This document shows, in pieces, positions 9,578 through 20,036 of a DNA stretch of 32,000 nt (position 1 is the stretch's first letter; every line of letters starts with the position of its first letter). The DNA is taken from assembly GCF_000018785.1 (NCBI RefSeq), contig NC_010163.1:900001-932000 (forward strand), read 5' to 3'. The stretch is from Acholeplasma laidlawii PG-8A. Lineage in GTDB: Bacteria; Bacillota_I; Bacilli_A; Acholeplasmatales; Acholeplasmataceae. The translations under genes were made by a program, and so were the position numbers. The notes beneath the pieces are model-generated. The model saw only the letters and a program-made list of their open reading frames with translations. It had not been told where the DNA came from and did no database searches.

Positions 9578-10420
9578 TTATACTCCGATAAATTCTTTGA
9601 TGTCTTTTAAACACTCATCTAGCAAATCAGGGCTTAAAGCATTATATACTTTAGGCTTCATTTGATTGATAAACCATGTTTTTTGTCTTTTAGCAAATCT
9701 CATTGTTGCAGTAATAATCTTTTCTTTAGCAGTGTCTAAATCATTCATACCATTTAAATAATCTTTGATTTCACGATAGCCTATAATATTTAAATCGTAG
9801 TTTATTAAAGCTTTAGTCTCTTCAATAAATCCCTTTTCAATCATGAGATCTAATCTAGTTTCTAATCTTTTTTTCAAGATTTTTCTATCCATATCCAAAT
9901 AAATTAAATAGATGTCATAGAGTGGTTCGTTCTTTTTAGTTTTGTTACTTCGCTTTTGACCACTGATGATTGTTCTATATGCAGATTCTATACGTCTAGG
10001 ATTATTTAGATCTATTTCAATATCCGGATCTGCTTTTCTAATAACTTCAATCATTTCATTAATGTTTGGAAATTCAACGTTATCTTGTTGCTCAAATTCA
10101 TAATTATAAAGCGCGGACTTAACATATAAACCACTACCACCTACGATAAATGGTTTATCTATTTGATCAATTAGCGTGCGAACATCTTGTTGAAAATTAT
10201 AAACTGTATAGGGTTCATCTAAGGCTACATGACTGATTAAATGATGTTTTACACCATCCATTTCATCAGTTGTTATCTTAGCTGATCCAATATCTAGTTT
10301 CTTATAAATACTTACACTATCACCATTAATAATTTCAGCGCCTAATGATTTGGCAAGTTTTACAGATAATGCAGTCTTCCCACTACCTGTAGGTCCCACA
10401 ATACAAACGACTTTTTTCAT
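9578..10420 (-). CDS. miaA: tRNA dimethylallyltransferase
   Basis: CIVGPTGSGKTALSVKLAKSLGAEIINGDSVSIYKKLDIGSAKIT, HHLI, FIVGGSGLYVKSAL, IGYREI. Confidence 0.98.
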   Translation of the reverse strand: MKKVVCIVGPTGSGKTALSVKLAKSLGAEIINGDSVSIYKKLDIGSAKITTDEMDGVKHHLISHVALDEPYTVYNFQQDVRTLIDQIDKPFIVGGSGLYVKSALYNYEFEQQDNVEFPNINEMIEVIRKADPDIEIDLNNPRRIESAYRTIISGQKRSNKTKKNEPLYDIYLIYLDMDRKILKKRLETRLDLMIEKGFIEETKALINYDLNIIGYREIKDYLNGMNDLDTAKEKIITATMRFAKRQKTWFINQMKPKVYNALSPDLLDECLKDIKEFIGV

Positions 10421-12129
10421 ACGATACGCTTAAACATTTTCTCAATATCTTGATTAGAAAGTTTAATTAATACAGGACGTCCATGTGGGCAGGTATACGG
10501 ATTTTTACACTGTCTTAAATCATTTTCTATTTTTTTTATTTCTTGTAGGGATAGTTGTCGGTTTGCTTTAATTGCACCTTTACATGCAATATCTTTAGCT
10601 AGTTGGTTTCTTAAGATCTTTAGATCAATTTTGCCATTATCTTGAAGCTGATCTACTAAAGCATGCACTGCTTTATCAAGTTCATTTTCACGTAACCATG
10701 TAGGATGTTTTACAACACTAGCATTCTCAAATTCAAAGCCAATATGTTTTAATAAATGACGATGTGTATGTAAAATTAATGCATCTTGTTCAGTGATATG
10801 TAGATCTTTAGCAACTAAGAGTTCATAGTAATCACTCTTTAAGGCACCAACTTTATCTTCATAATATTCATAGCGAATACGTTCTGCAGCAGCATGTTGA
10901 TCCATTAGGAAGAGTCCTTCATCATTTTGATACAGTAAGTAAGTACCTGAAAGTGTTCCAATATACTCTAAATGTGGTAGTTTTTCAGTTTCTACAATCA
11001 GTGATTCAACTACTGGTGCCTCATTAAGTTCAAATAACTGTTCTGGTAAATCTTCTTGTTTAACAAAATCAAAGATGTCAATAATGGTTGGTTTAAATAA
11101 GTCTTTTCTAACTTCGGTAATTGCTTGCCTAATTGGCATATTACCAGATTCTAAGGTTTTTCTTATCTCTGGTGCTAGTTGATATGCAAACATACGCTCG
11201 TTAGCAAGTTTAGCCTCCATCTTTTGAGGATGGACATTCACATCCACTAAACTTGGATCTAGCGTAATATATAGTAAGCACAATGGATATTTGTTTGTCA
11301 TTAAAAATGTTTGATAACCATCAATAATACTTTGACTAATGACATAGTTTTTAATATATCTTTGATTAATAAAGATGTTGATGTCACTTCGTTTAGAACG
11401 AACAAATTTAGGATCTACTAAATAGGCATCTACTTTAATTTTACCTAGATATGTAGATAATACTTTCATACCTTCAGTTATCTTTTTACCATAGATTGCT
11501 TCTATGAGTTGATTCATTTGGTTATTGCCCAATGTAGATTTTACTAATTTATTATCCATATAAAGTTTAAAACTAATCGTTGGATGTGAAAGTGCTAGTT
11601 TGTCAACTATTTCAGTGATTGCATTTTTTTCTGCGTATTCAGATTTCATGTACTTAAAGCGTGCCGGCGTATTATAAAAGAGTTCTTTAACAATAATTTT
11701 AGTGCCCTTATTTAATACTGCAACACCTTCATCAACAACCTTAGAATTTTCTAACTTTAAAAAGTATCCGTCGCCAGCATCTGTTCTAGACATAATCTCA
11801 ATTTTAGATACAGATAAAATAGAAGGGAGTGCCTCACCTCTAAAACCTAGGGATCTGATATCATTTAAATCTGATATTTTAAATATCTTTGATGTAGCAT
11901 GTCTAAGAAAAGCTTTATGAAGGTTTTCTCTAGTCATACCACTTCCATCATCGGTAACGCTGATGGATTCAAGTCCCATATTATGAACTTCTATACTTAT
12001 GTTTTTGGCTTCTGCATCAATTGCATTTTCAACTAATTCTTTGATGACTGATGCAGGACGTTCAACGACTTCACCAGCTGCAATTGTATTGGCAAGCGCC
12101 ATATCCATAATGGCTATATTTTTCATCAT
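10417..12129 (-). CDS. mutL: DNA mismatch repair protein MutL
   Basis: MDMALANTIAAGEVVERPASVIKELVENAIDA, GFRGEALPSI, C-terminal ACKGAIKANRQL and CPHGRPVLIKLS. Confidence 0.98.
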   Translation of the reverse strand: MMKNIAIMDMALANTIAAGEVVERPASVIKELVENAIDAEAKNISIEVHNMGLESISVTDDGSGMTRENLHKAFLRHATSKIFKISDLNDIRSLGFRGEALPSILSVSKIEIMSRTDAGDGYFLKLENSKVVDEGVAVLNKGTKIIVKELFYNTPARFKYMKSEYAEKNAITEIVDKLALSHPTISFKLYMDNKLVKSTLGNNQMNQLIEAIYGKKITEGMKVLSTYLGKIKVDAYLVDPKFVRSKRSDINIFINQRYIKNYVISQSIIDGYQTFLMTNKYPLCLLYITLDPSLVDVNVHPQKMEAKLANERMFAYQLAPEIRKTLESGNMPIRQAITEVRKDLFKPTIIDIFDFVKQEDLPEQLFELNEAPVVESLIVETEKLPHLEYIGTLSGTYLLYQNDEGLFLMDQHAAAERIRYEYYEDKVGALKSDYYELLVAKDLHITEQDALILHTHRHLLKHIGFEFENASVVKHPTWLRENELDKAVHALVDQLQDNGKIDLKILRNQLAKDIACKGAIKANRQLSLQEIKKIENDLRQCKNPYTCPHGRPVLIKLSNQDIEKMFKRIV

Positions 12130-12136
12130 TAAATCC

Positions 12137-14662
12137 TTATTTTTTTTCTTTACTTAAACTTTGTAGATATTTTAATTTAATCAAAGCATCAAGCGGTGTC
12201 ATTTGATTAATATCCAAGTCATTGATGTGATTTAATAAATCCTGAATATCATGCGGAATGATTTGTCCAAGTTCTACTTTTTCTTCAAACATAAATAGAT
12301 TATGATCAATGCCTTTTCCATCTTTTTCTAATTTTTTAAGTAAGTATTTAGCACGTTTAATCACCGGATCCGGTAGATGTGCTAGGGCTGCTACTTGAAT
12401 ACCATAGGATTTATCTGATGAACCAAGTTCAACTTGGTGTAGGAATACCATATGGTCTTTTTGTTCGATAGCTTTAACGTGTAAGTTAGTTATAAGATCA
12501 TGTTTTTCTGATAATTTAGTCAGTTCATGATAGTGTGTTGAAAACATCATTTGAGCTTTGATTTGGGTATGTACATACTCAATCATCGCCTGAGCAAGTG
12601 CAAGTCCATCATAGGTTGCAGTACCTCGTCCTATTTCATCAAATAAAATAAGAGAGTTTTCTGTTGCATAAGTGAGTGCATCATTTGCCTCAACCATCTC
12701 AACCATAAATGTAGACTTACCACCTGAGATATCATCACTTGAACCAATACGTGTAAATATTGCATCATATATTGGTAAATTTGCAGATGTAGCGGGTACA
12801 AACATACCAGTTTGAGCCATAACAGTAATGACTGCAAACATACGCATATAAGTCGATTTACCACTCATGTTTGGTCCAGTTAAAATAAATATTTCACTTG
12901 GTTTCATGTGAATATGGTTTTTAATGAACTCAACATGTTGTTCCACAACTGGGTGACGTCCATTTTCTATATCTACAATGCGGTTATGATTGAGTTTTGG
13001 TCTAACATATTTATACATTTCTGCTACTTTTGATAAACTGATATATTTATCAACTGATGCAATAATTTGACTTAATAATTGAAGTTCATGTGTATACGTT
13101 TTAGCAGTTTCTTTAATTTGATTAAATATTTCATACTCTAGTTTATCTGCTCTATCTTTAGAGGATAAAATCTTATTTTCTGCATTCTTTAAATCTTCTG
13201 TAATATAACGTTCTGCATTAGCTAGTGTTTGTTTTCTAATATAACCAAATTCCTCTTGAATGAGTGGAATATTTCCTTTAGATACTTCAATAAAATATCC
13301 AAATACACGGTTATAACCTACCTTTAAGTTCTTAATTCCGGTACGTTCTTTTTCCTCATTTTCAAACTTTTCTAACCATAAGTCACCGTTTTTAGCAATA
13401 CTTCTAAATTCATCTAAAGTTTCATCATATCCATCTTTGATGATGCCACCTTCTTTAACAGTTAGGGGTGGTTCATTTTCAATCGATGCATCAAGTAATT
13501 GAAATAAAGTTTCAAAAACATCTACCTTATCATTCATTTCATCAATAAGTGGATTATCAAATGAATCTAAAACTTCTTTAAACTCTGGAATAAGACTAAG
13601 TGTTGTTTTAAGTTGAACTAAATCTCTAGCGTGTGTTTGGTTACTTGAAACACGTCCTACTAATCTATTTAAGTCATAAACTTGTTCTAGTATAGATTCA
13701 AGTTTATTTCTTGGTTCAAATTGTGTAAAAGCTTCAATATAATCATATCTTTTTTCTAGTAATTCTTTATCCTTTAAAGGATGTGTTAATTCATATCTTA
13801 GTAATCTAGAACCCATTGCAGTGGAAGTTTTATCAATCCACTGAATCAAGGTAGAATTGATATTTCCTGTTAAGGATTCTGTTAACTCTAAGTGATTTAA
13901 GACCTGGTGATCAAGTCTCATATATTGATCAACAATGACACTTTCAAAAGGCATTAAGTGAGATAAATCAAGTTTAGATTCTTTTTCTAAGTAATTAATT
14001 AATAAAGAACCAGCTTCTTTGAGATGCTTTTCTTTTAAATTTCTTACAATTCTAGTATTTTGAACTTCTTGATTCGTATAAATGGATACTAAAATACTTT
14101 CTTGTTTAAAAAAGTTTAATAAATAAATGTCCGAAGTGTTTGTTAAAACGATTTCTTTGAGTTTTAAATTAGATACTTCATCAGTTAAAGCTTGTTTGGT
14201 TAGACCATTTAAGATAAATGTATCACCCGTTGAAATATCTGCATAACTTAATATATATCCATATTCTGATAAAGATACTGAACCGATAAAGTTATATTCA
14301 TTTTTGGGTAGAATATCATCATCAATAATCATACCAGGAGTAATGAGTTGAACAACTTCACGTTCAACTAAACCCTTACCGGGTTCTGATGTTTGTTCAA
14401 CAATTGCGATTTTAAAGCCTTTAGTAATTAGTTTTTGAATGTATACTTTCGCTGCATGATGCGGTACACCACACATTGGAACAGTTTGACCTGCTTCCTT
14501 TTTAGTAAGCGTTATTTCTAGAACCTTGGATGCAGTAATCGCGTCATCAAAAAACATTTCATAGAAATCACCAAGTCTAAAAAAGACTATCGCATCTGCG
14601 TAGTCTTCTTTAATTTTTAAGTATTGTTGCATCATAGGTGTGTATTTAGAAATATCTGACAT
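12137..14662 (-). CDS. mutS: DNA mismatch repair protein MutS
   Basis: YADAIVFFRLGDFYEMFFDDA, LTGPNMSGKSTYMR, SLILFDEIGRGTATYDGLALA, FSTHYHELT. Confidence 0.99.
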   Translation of the reverse strand: MSDISKYTPMMQQYLKIKEDYADAIVFFRLGDFYEMFFDDAITASKVLEITLTKKEAGQTVPMCGVPHHAAKVYIQKLITKGFKIAIVEQTSEPGKGLVEREVVQLITPGMIIDDDILPKNEYNFIGSVSLSEYGYILSYADISTGDTFILNGLTKQALTDEVSNLKLKEIVLTNTSDIYLLNFFKQESILVSIYTNQEVQNTRIVRNLKEKHLKEAGSLLINYLEKESKLDLSHLMPFESVIVDQYMRLDHQVLNHLELTESLTGNINSTLIQWIDKTSTAMGSRLLRYELTHPLKDKELLEKRYDYIEAFTQFEPRNKLESILEQVYDLNRLVGRVSSNQTHARDLVQLKTTLSLIPEFKEVLDSFDNPLIDEMNDKVDVFETLFQLLDASIENEPPLTVKEGGIIKDGYDETLDEFRSIAKNGDLWLEKFENEEKERTGIKNLKVGYNRVFGYFIEVSKGNIPLIQEEFGYIRKQTLANAERYITEDLKNAENKILSSKDRADKLEYEIFNQIKETAKTYTHELQLLSQIIASVDKYISLSKVAEMYKYVRPKLNHNRIVDIENGRHPVVEQHVEFIKNHIHMKPSEIFILTGPNMSGKSTYMRMFAVITVMAQTGMFVPATSANLPIYDAIFTRIGSSDDISGGKSTFMVEMVEANDALTYATENSLILFDEIGRGTATYDGLALAQAMIEYVHTQIKAQMMFSTHYHELTKLSEKHDLITNLHVKAIEQKDHMVFLHQVELGSSDKSYGIQVAALAHLPDPVIKRAKYLLKKLEKDGKGIDHNLFMFEEKVELGQIIPHDIQDLLNHINDLDINQMTPLDALIKLKYLQSLSKEKK

Positions 14663-14677
14663 GTTTACTTCCTTATT

Positions 14678-16576
14678 TTATACATAATATTGTGACATAT
14701 CATGTGCAGAACCAAATAGTGGTTCTATGATGGAATCTCTTAAGAATGGTCCTATAAATGGTATGTTTTCATATCCATAAGTAAATTCTAATCTCCAAAT
14801 GCCATAGAAAACTACAAAGACTAAAAGCACAAATGTAATAAATCCTAATAAGAAAAACATGAATCCACGAGATTTTTTAACTTTTTTCTTACTGTCAGGA
14901 TGACTTATTTTTTCTATAGCTTCAGCTAACTTAGTGGTTTCTGATGCTTCTTTTTGTTCTACAACTTGAACTTTTGATCCAATAGAAGCAAACACTAGTA
15001 ATCCTGTAATAATAAATCCTGTAAATAGTGTAATCACACCTAGCACTTTAAGTGACTTCATTGAAGGTTTTCTTAGGAGTTTAATAAATGCATATAAGTT
15101 TACTAACGAAAGTACAATAGAACCATAGTTGACAACTAACTTCATAGTAGCATCTAAATCAGCAACCATTTGATTTGCTTCCACTAAGAATGGTGCAATA
15201 AGTAGACCAAATGAAAGGAGTGATACCCAAGCAAATCCAACCGCAAAGACTAGTGATAATAAAGCAGCAAGTACACCAATTCCACGTTTGTAATGGAATT
15301 CTTTAGTCATTGTTTTACCATCAATCTCAAATGGTTTTTCAGGATCAAGTTCTGGTGCATCAGAATCATCTTCTCTTAACAGTTCTTGAATAAGTACTTC
15401 TTGATTCACCATCATATTAGTTGGTTGTGGTCTAACGACTTGTTCTTCTTTTATGAGCGGTTCTTGAACCACTACAGGTTCAGGTCTAATTGAATTTTCA
15501 ATGTGAACACTAAACTCTTTTTCTTTAAAACTTTCAGCTAATTTGGTAAATGCTTCAGTTAGTTTATCAAGTTGAGGTCTATAATCAATAACATCGGCGT
15601 TTACGACAACATTTGGCGTCACAGTAGGTTCAACTACCTTTTCAATAATCATAGGTTTAGGTTCAACTACTGTTTCAGTTTTTACTACTGGTTTAGGTAC
15701 TTCTTTTTTAACTACAGGCTCATCAAGATTTTCGTATACTTCTTGAGACTGTGGTACGAAATAAGTTGACTTAGTTTCTTCTGCATTTGATAGAATAAAT
15801 TCAATTATTTCTTCTTTTTTAAGTTCAGTAGATACTTTGATGTCATGATCTTTAGCAAATCTTTCAAGTAAAATAATATTTTGTGTTTTTAATTTCTTTT
15901 CAAGATCTGGTGTAAGCTCATTACGTTCTTTTAATTTATCTAAAATCACTTGAAGCATTTCGTTTTTCTTTAAGCGCTTTGGAATTGGAGCATTATACTT
16001 TTCACCAATACCTCTTAATTCAGTTAGGGTGGTTGCTTTATAAGTAACCGGTCTAAATTGAGCTTGTGTTACACCATCAATTTCCCCGTTTTCATCATAT
16101 AAAACAGTATTTAAAGCTTTATTGAAGTCCAGAGTAAGTGGGCGTTTATTGCTCTTAATTGAATTATCAGCTTCGATAAATAGTCTTTCAATATCGCTAT
16201 CGGATACACCTTTAACAACTATATAGTCTAAAAAATCTCTCCAGAAACCAGTGAGATAAAGATTACCTAAGGATGTTGATTTATACCATTCTAATAAGTT
16301 AACTAATTGTGTATCGGTAAACTTACTAAACCATGTTAATTTGTAACCCATTTCATCGGCAAGTGTTTTTCTTTCTTCAATTGTGCGCTCAACAGGTTCT
16401 TTTAACACTTTGGATAAAACATTCATGCGTAATTTACGCGGAATAGTTAAACCAATAGATTGTAAAAACTCAGCTAGATAAGTTCCTGATACAAAACTTA
16501 ACTTAGTGACCAAATCATCGACTTGGTATTTCCCTTTTTTTGTAACAAACAAACCCTCTTTATTGAATACTGCCAT
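14678..16576 (-). CDS. Uncharacterised 632-aa protein: Rho_N/SAP-like modules, Pro/Val/Glu linker, C-terminal multi-TM domain
   Basis: Long ORF with RBS (AAGGGG) and promoter. Modules at about aa 32-58, 185-212 and 235-262; four hydrophobic segments after about aa 440. Confidence 0.85.
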   Translation of the reverse strand: MAVFNKEGLFVTKKGKYQVDDLVTKLSFVSGTYLAEFLQSIGLTIPRKLRMNVLSKVLKEPVERTIEERKTLADEMGYKLTWFSKFTDTQLVNLLEWYKSTSLGNLYLTGFWRDFLDYIVVKGVSDSDIERLFIEADNSIKSNKRPLTLDFNKALNTVLYDENGEIDGVTQAQFRPVTYKATTLTELRGIGEKYNAPIPKRLKKNEMLQVILDKLKERNELTPDLEKKLKTQNIILLERFAKDHDIKVSTELKKEEIIEFILSNAEETKSTYFVPQSQEVYENLDEPVVKKEVPKPVVKTETVVEPKPMIIEKVVEPTVTPNVVVNADVIDYRPQLDKLTEAFTKLAESFKEKEFSVHIENSIRPEPVVVQEPLIKEEQVVRPQPTNMMVNQEVLIQELLREDDSDAPELDPEKPFEIDGKTMTKEFHYKRGIGVLAALLSLVFAVGFAWVSLLSFGLLIAPFLVEANQMVADLDATMKLVVNYGSIVLSLVNLYAFIKLLRKPSMKSLKVLGVITLFTGFIITGLLVFASIGSKVQVVEQKEASETTKLAEAIEKISHPDSKKKVKKSRGFMFFLLGFITFVLLVFVVFYGIWRLEFTYGYENIPFIGPFLRDSIIEPLFGSAHDMSQYYV

Positions 16577-16608
16577 AAGAAATTCCCCCTTATCATATAG
16601 ACTATTTT

Positions 16609-16638
16609 AATTATAACATATAATATTTTATAAAAACA
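16609..16638 (-). promoter_or_regulatory. Candidate promoter for the 632-aa ORF (and possibly the downstream mutS block)
   Basis: Minus strand TTGTTT-N18-TATAAT with extended TGn (TGTTATAAT). Confidence 0.65.
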
Positions 16639-16685
16639 AACATTTGAGTGAGTCATATAGGTCAATTATTGCCTTAATATAACAT

Positions 16686-17456
16686 TTAAACTAATTTATG
16701 AGTTTCCTCTAAATGTATTTTTTCAATTTTCTTTGTAGGACTTAGCGTAAATAAACATGCATTTAATTGACGTCTACCTAGTGCTACTTCGTTTGGTCTA
16801 CTTTGACCATGGATAAATCTGTCTATGATAATTTCTTTTTTAACACCTATGACACCATCTAGTGGTCCTGTCATGCCTACATCTGTGAGATAGAGTGTAC
16901 CATTATCAAGTAATCTATCGTCATTTGTTTGAATGTGCGTATGTGTTCCCACCATCATATCAACTTTACCTTCTAAAAAGTAAGCCATCGCTATTTTTTC
17001 AGATGTTGTTTCAGCATGAAAATCTAATAGTGCATAGTCATAAGTTTCTTTGTCTAAAACTTCTTTAACCATCATAAATGGCGGTTCATAATCTTCATTC
17101 ATAAACGCTTTTCCAAGTGCGTTGATCACTAATACTTTTTGACCGTTATAGTTGATGATTCTATAACCACTGCCTAAATTAGATCCATCATTGATTGGTC
17201 GAATGATATTGCTATCTTCAATAAATGTTTTAAGTTCAGGGTTCTTCCATGTGTGGTTACCCATAGTTAAAAGTGATATACCAGCTTGCATAAGTTTTTT
17301 ATATATCTTTTTATTAATACCGCGTCCATTTGCAGAGTTTTCTGCATTTGCAATGATTAAATTAGGTTGGTATGTTTGTCTTAGGTATGTGATATTTTCT
17401 AATAAGTAATCTATACCAGGATCACCATAGATATCACCAATAAATAATATTTTCAT
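16686..17456 (-). CDS. ymdB: YmdB-family metallophosphoesterase (2',3'-cNMP phosphodiesterase-like)
   Basis: MKILFIGDIYGDPGID, NAENSANGRGI, MGNHTWKN, LLDFHAETTSEK, VGTHTHIQTND, DVGMTGPLDGVIG. Confidence 0.95.
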   Translation of the reverse strand: MKILFIGDIYGDPGIDYLLENITYLRQTYQPNLIIANAENSANGRGINKKIYKKLMQAGISLLTMGNHTWKNPELKTFIEDSNIIRPINDGSNLGSGYRIINYNGQKVLVINALGKAFMNEDYEPPFMMVKEVLDKETYDYALLDFHAETTSEKIAMAYFLEGKVDMMVGTHTHIQTNDDRLLDNGTLYLTDVGMTGPLDGVIGVKKEIIIDRFIHGQSRPNEVALGRRQLNACLFTLSPTKKIEKIHLEETHKLV

Positions 17457-17472
17457 ACATCCATTATATATG

Positions 17473-17496
17473 AAAAAGAGGCAAAACTGCCTCTTT
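17473..17496 (-). terminator. Intrinsic terminator between rny and ymdB
   Basis: AAAGAGGC-AAAACT-GCCTCTTT perfect stem with T tract on the minus strand. Confidence 0.85.
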
Positions 17497-17511
17497 ACAT
17501 TAAACTTTATT

Positions 17512-19104
17512 TTATTTAGCTACATCCGTTGCTCGTTTTTCACGAATAACTGTAACTTTGATGGTTCCAGGATATGTCATTTGTGCTTCAATCTTTTCTT
17601 TGATTGTGCGCGCAATATTAATTAATCCTAAATCATCTACTTTATCAGGTAATACCATAACACGTACTTCACGACCAGCTTGAATAGCATATGCTTTATC
17701 AACACCAGTTACATCATTAGAAATTTCTTCTAATTGTGTTAGACGTTTCATGTAGGAGTCCATAGATTCAGATCTTGCACCTGGACGCGCTGCAGATAAT
17801 GCATCTGCTGCTGCAACTAAAACTGCAATAATTGATTCTGGCTCGCTATCACCATGGTGAGATGCGATTGCATCAATAACTTCTTTAGGTTCTTTATATC
17901 TTGACATAAGTTCCACACCAATCGATACGTGTGAACCTTCTACTTCATGATCAATTGCTTTACCAATGTCATGGAATAAACCAGCACGACGTGCAAGCAT
18001 TTCATTTTCACCAATTTCAGCAGCTAATTTCCCTGCTAGGAAGGCTACTTCAATTGAGTGTTTCAATACGTTTTGACCATAGGATGTTCTAAATGTCATA
18101 CGCCCTAATAGTTTAATAATATCTGGATGTACTTTACCCACACCAGTTTTAAATACTGCTTCTTCACCAGCTTCGCGGATGAACATGTCAATTTCTGTTC
18201 TTGCACGTTCAACAACTTCTTCAATACGTCCTGGATGAATTCTACCATCTTGAACTAATATTGTTAAAGCACGTTTTGCAACTTCACGTCTTACAGGGTC
18301 AAAACCTGATAAAACTACTGCTTCTGGTGTATCGTCAATAATTAGATCCACTCCAGTGAGAGCCTCAAGTGATCTAATGTTTCTTCCTTCTTTACCAATG
18401 ATACGACCTTTCATGTCTTCATTTGGTATTTCAACAACTGTAACTGTACGTTCAGATGTTGTTTCAGCTGCATATTTTTGCATAGCAAGTGATAATATCT
18501 CTTTACTCTTATTTTGAGCAATAGACTTCGCATTATCCTCTTCATCTCTAATATAAGCCGCAATTTCATTTGAGATAGAATCCCTTACTTGAGCCATTAT
18601 CAATTCACGAGCTTGCTCTCTTGACAACGCTGAAATAGAACTGAGTTTCTCCTCTTGTTCCTTTATTAATTCTTCCACTTTGCTATATTGGATATCAAGT
18701 TGTTCTTTACGTTCGTTATGTCTTTCTTCTTTAGCGTCCAGACCGATTTCACGTTTATCTAAATATTGTGATCTTTGGTTTAAAGCATTCTCACGTTGAG
18801 TTGCTTTTTCTTCAAGATTCATGACGATTTGACGGCGATCTTTAATATCTTCATCAAATTCTTTACGTAACGTTAAAATTTCTTGTTTAGCTTCAAAAAC
18901 CATCTCTCTTTTAGTTCTATCAGCTTCTTTTTTTCCGTCTTCAATAATACGTTCAGCTTCTTCTCTAGCCAAACGTAAACTTTTTTCATGTTGAGCTACA
19001 CGAATAAAATAACCCACCAAAGCACCACCAAGGGCACCTACGACGATTAGCAAAATGAAGGTAATTAATGCAGGAGTGTCAACATTAAACATTATGTCAA
19101 ACAT
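17512..19104 (-). CDS. rny: Ribonuclease Y
   Basis: N-terminal TM, long coiled coil, KH domain [40 protein letters not shown] domain ([27 protein letters not shown]). Confidence 0.99.
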   Translation of the reverse strand: MFDIMFNVDTPALITFILLIVVGALGGALVGYFIRVAQHEKSLRLAREEAERIIEDGKKEADRTKREMVFEAKQEILTLRKEFDEDIKDRRQIVMNLEEKATQRENALNQRSQYLDKREIGLDAKEERHNERKEQLDIQYSKVEELIKEQEEKLSSISALSREQARELIMAQVRDSISNEIAAYIRDEEDNAKSIAQNKSKEILSLAMQKYAAETTSERTVTVVEIPNEDMKGRIIGKEGRNIRSLEALTGVDLIIDDTPEAVVLSGFDPVRREVAKRALTILVQDGRIHPGRIEEVVERARTEIDMFIREAGEEAVFKTGVGKVHPDIIKLLGRMTFRTSYGQNVLKHSIEVAFLAGKLAAEIGENEMLARRAGLFHDIGKAIDHEVEGSHVSIGVELMSRYKEPKEVIDAIASHHGDSEPESIIAVLVAAADALSAARPGARSESMDSYMKRLTQLEEISNDVTGVDKAYAIQAGREVRVMVLPDKVDDLGLINIARTIKEKIEAQMTYPGTIKVTVIREKRATDVAK

Positions 19105-19186
19105 CTCTTTAAACCTCCATATTTAGTTTTAACTTCTTATTTGAATAATAATCAAAAATTAGTTTCGTACATAAAGTACTTAATTT

Positions 19187-19215
19187 ATTATAACTTGATT
19201 TCATTTTATAGTCAA
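19187..19215 (-). promoter_or_regulatory. Candidate proximal rny promoter (P2)
   Basis: Minus strand TTGACT-N17-TATAAT. Confidence 0.75.
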
Positions 19216-19272
19216 TGAAAAACACGATATAGAAGCGCTTAAATATTTTCATAAACGACCATTTACTTTTAA

Positions 19273-19301
19273 ATAACACGATTCATCGATTTTGATGTCA
19301 A
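19273..19301 (-). promoter_or_regulatory. Candidate distal rny promoter (P1)
   Basis: Minus strand TTGACA-N17-TGTTAT. Confidence 0.6.
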
Positions 19302-19320
19302 GAAAAACTTATAAACATTT

Positions 19321-19349
19321 TTAAATCTAACATTTCTATAGTATAATAT
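19321..19349 (+). promoter_or_regulatory. Candidate promoter of the lone plus-strand membrane protein
   Basis: TATAAT at 19344-19349 with a weak -35 (TTTTAA) 17 bp upstream; RBS AAGGAG further down. Confidence 0.5.
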
Positions 19350-19383
19350 CACTTAAGTAAACGTTATAAGGAGAAAGACATAC

Positions 19384-20025
19384 ATGGTACCTAAGCATAC
19401 ACCAAATTCTAAATTCGGAAGATGGTTATTAAAATATCGACTAAAACTCATACTATTTGCATTTATAGTTATTATACCAGTCACCTTTGTCATCGCACTA
19501 TATTTAGGGGATTATCTAAAATATAAAAATGTTGATTTTGATGGCAATGTTGTATCACAGTTTCAATCAACTTTCATCACAACCGAGGATGAAACAAATC
19601 ATGAAATCATTAATTTACAAACAGATGAATTACTTATCCAAATCAAACTTATGGATATGTTAATTCCTGAATATTATGATGATACCAATGGTCATTACAC
19701 ATTCAAGGCACGTCAAGAAGTTAAATCGGGTAAGCACATTCATGAACTCGCGGTAAAATTTGTAGTTCAAGCAGAATGGATTAATGCTAAATCAGCTGTG
19801 ACTACCATACCACTTACAAACACTTTTGGTACAGATAGAAAAATATCATTTAACCACATATTACCTCAATCACCATTATGGTTTGTTCATGTGAATGCAC
19901 CTTATCTATATGTAGAAGTTGTATATCATATTGAACTAGCTCTTGATCAAGAAGAGACAGTGACACATTACTTCAAGACATATCTAGGTGATTTAACACC
20001 AGCTAGTCAAATAGTAACTGAATAA
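19384..20025 (+). CDS. Uncharacterised protein with one N-terminal TM and an extracytoplasmic domain
   Basis: 213-aa ORF with RBS, promoter and terminator; basic start, then LKLILFAFIVIIPVTFVIALYL, then a soluble domain. Confidence 0.8.
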   Translation: MVPKHTPNSKFGRWLLKYRLKLILFAFIVIIPVTFVIALYLGDYLKYKNVDFDGNVVSQFQSTFITTEDETNHEIINLQTDELLIQIKLMDMLIPEYYDDTNGHYTFKARQEVKSGKHIHELAVKFVVQAEWINAKSAVTTIPLTNTFGTDRKISFNHILPQSPLWFVHVNAPYLYVEVVYHIELALDQEETVTHYFKTYLGDLTPASQIVTE

Positions 20026-20036
20026 TTAATTTATAA

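Noticed and set aside
12631-12864. 77-aa minus-strand ORF inside mutS
   Set aside because: Alternative frame of the highly conserved MutS ATPase region; no independent signals.
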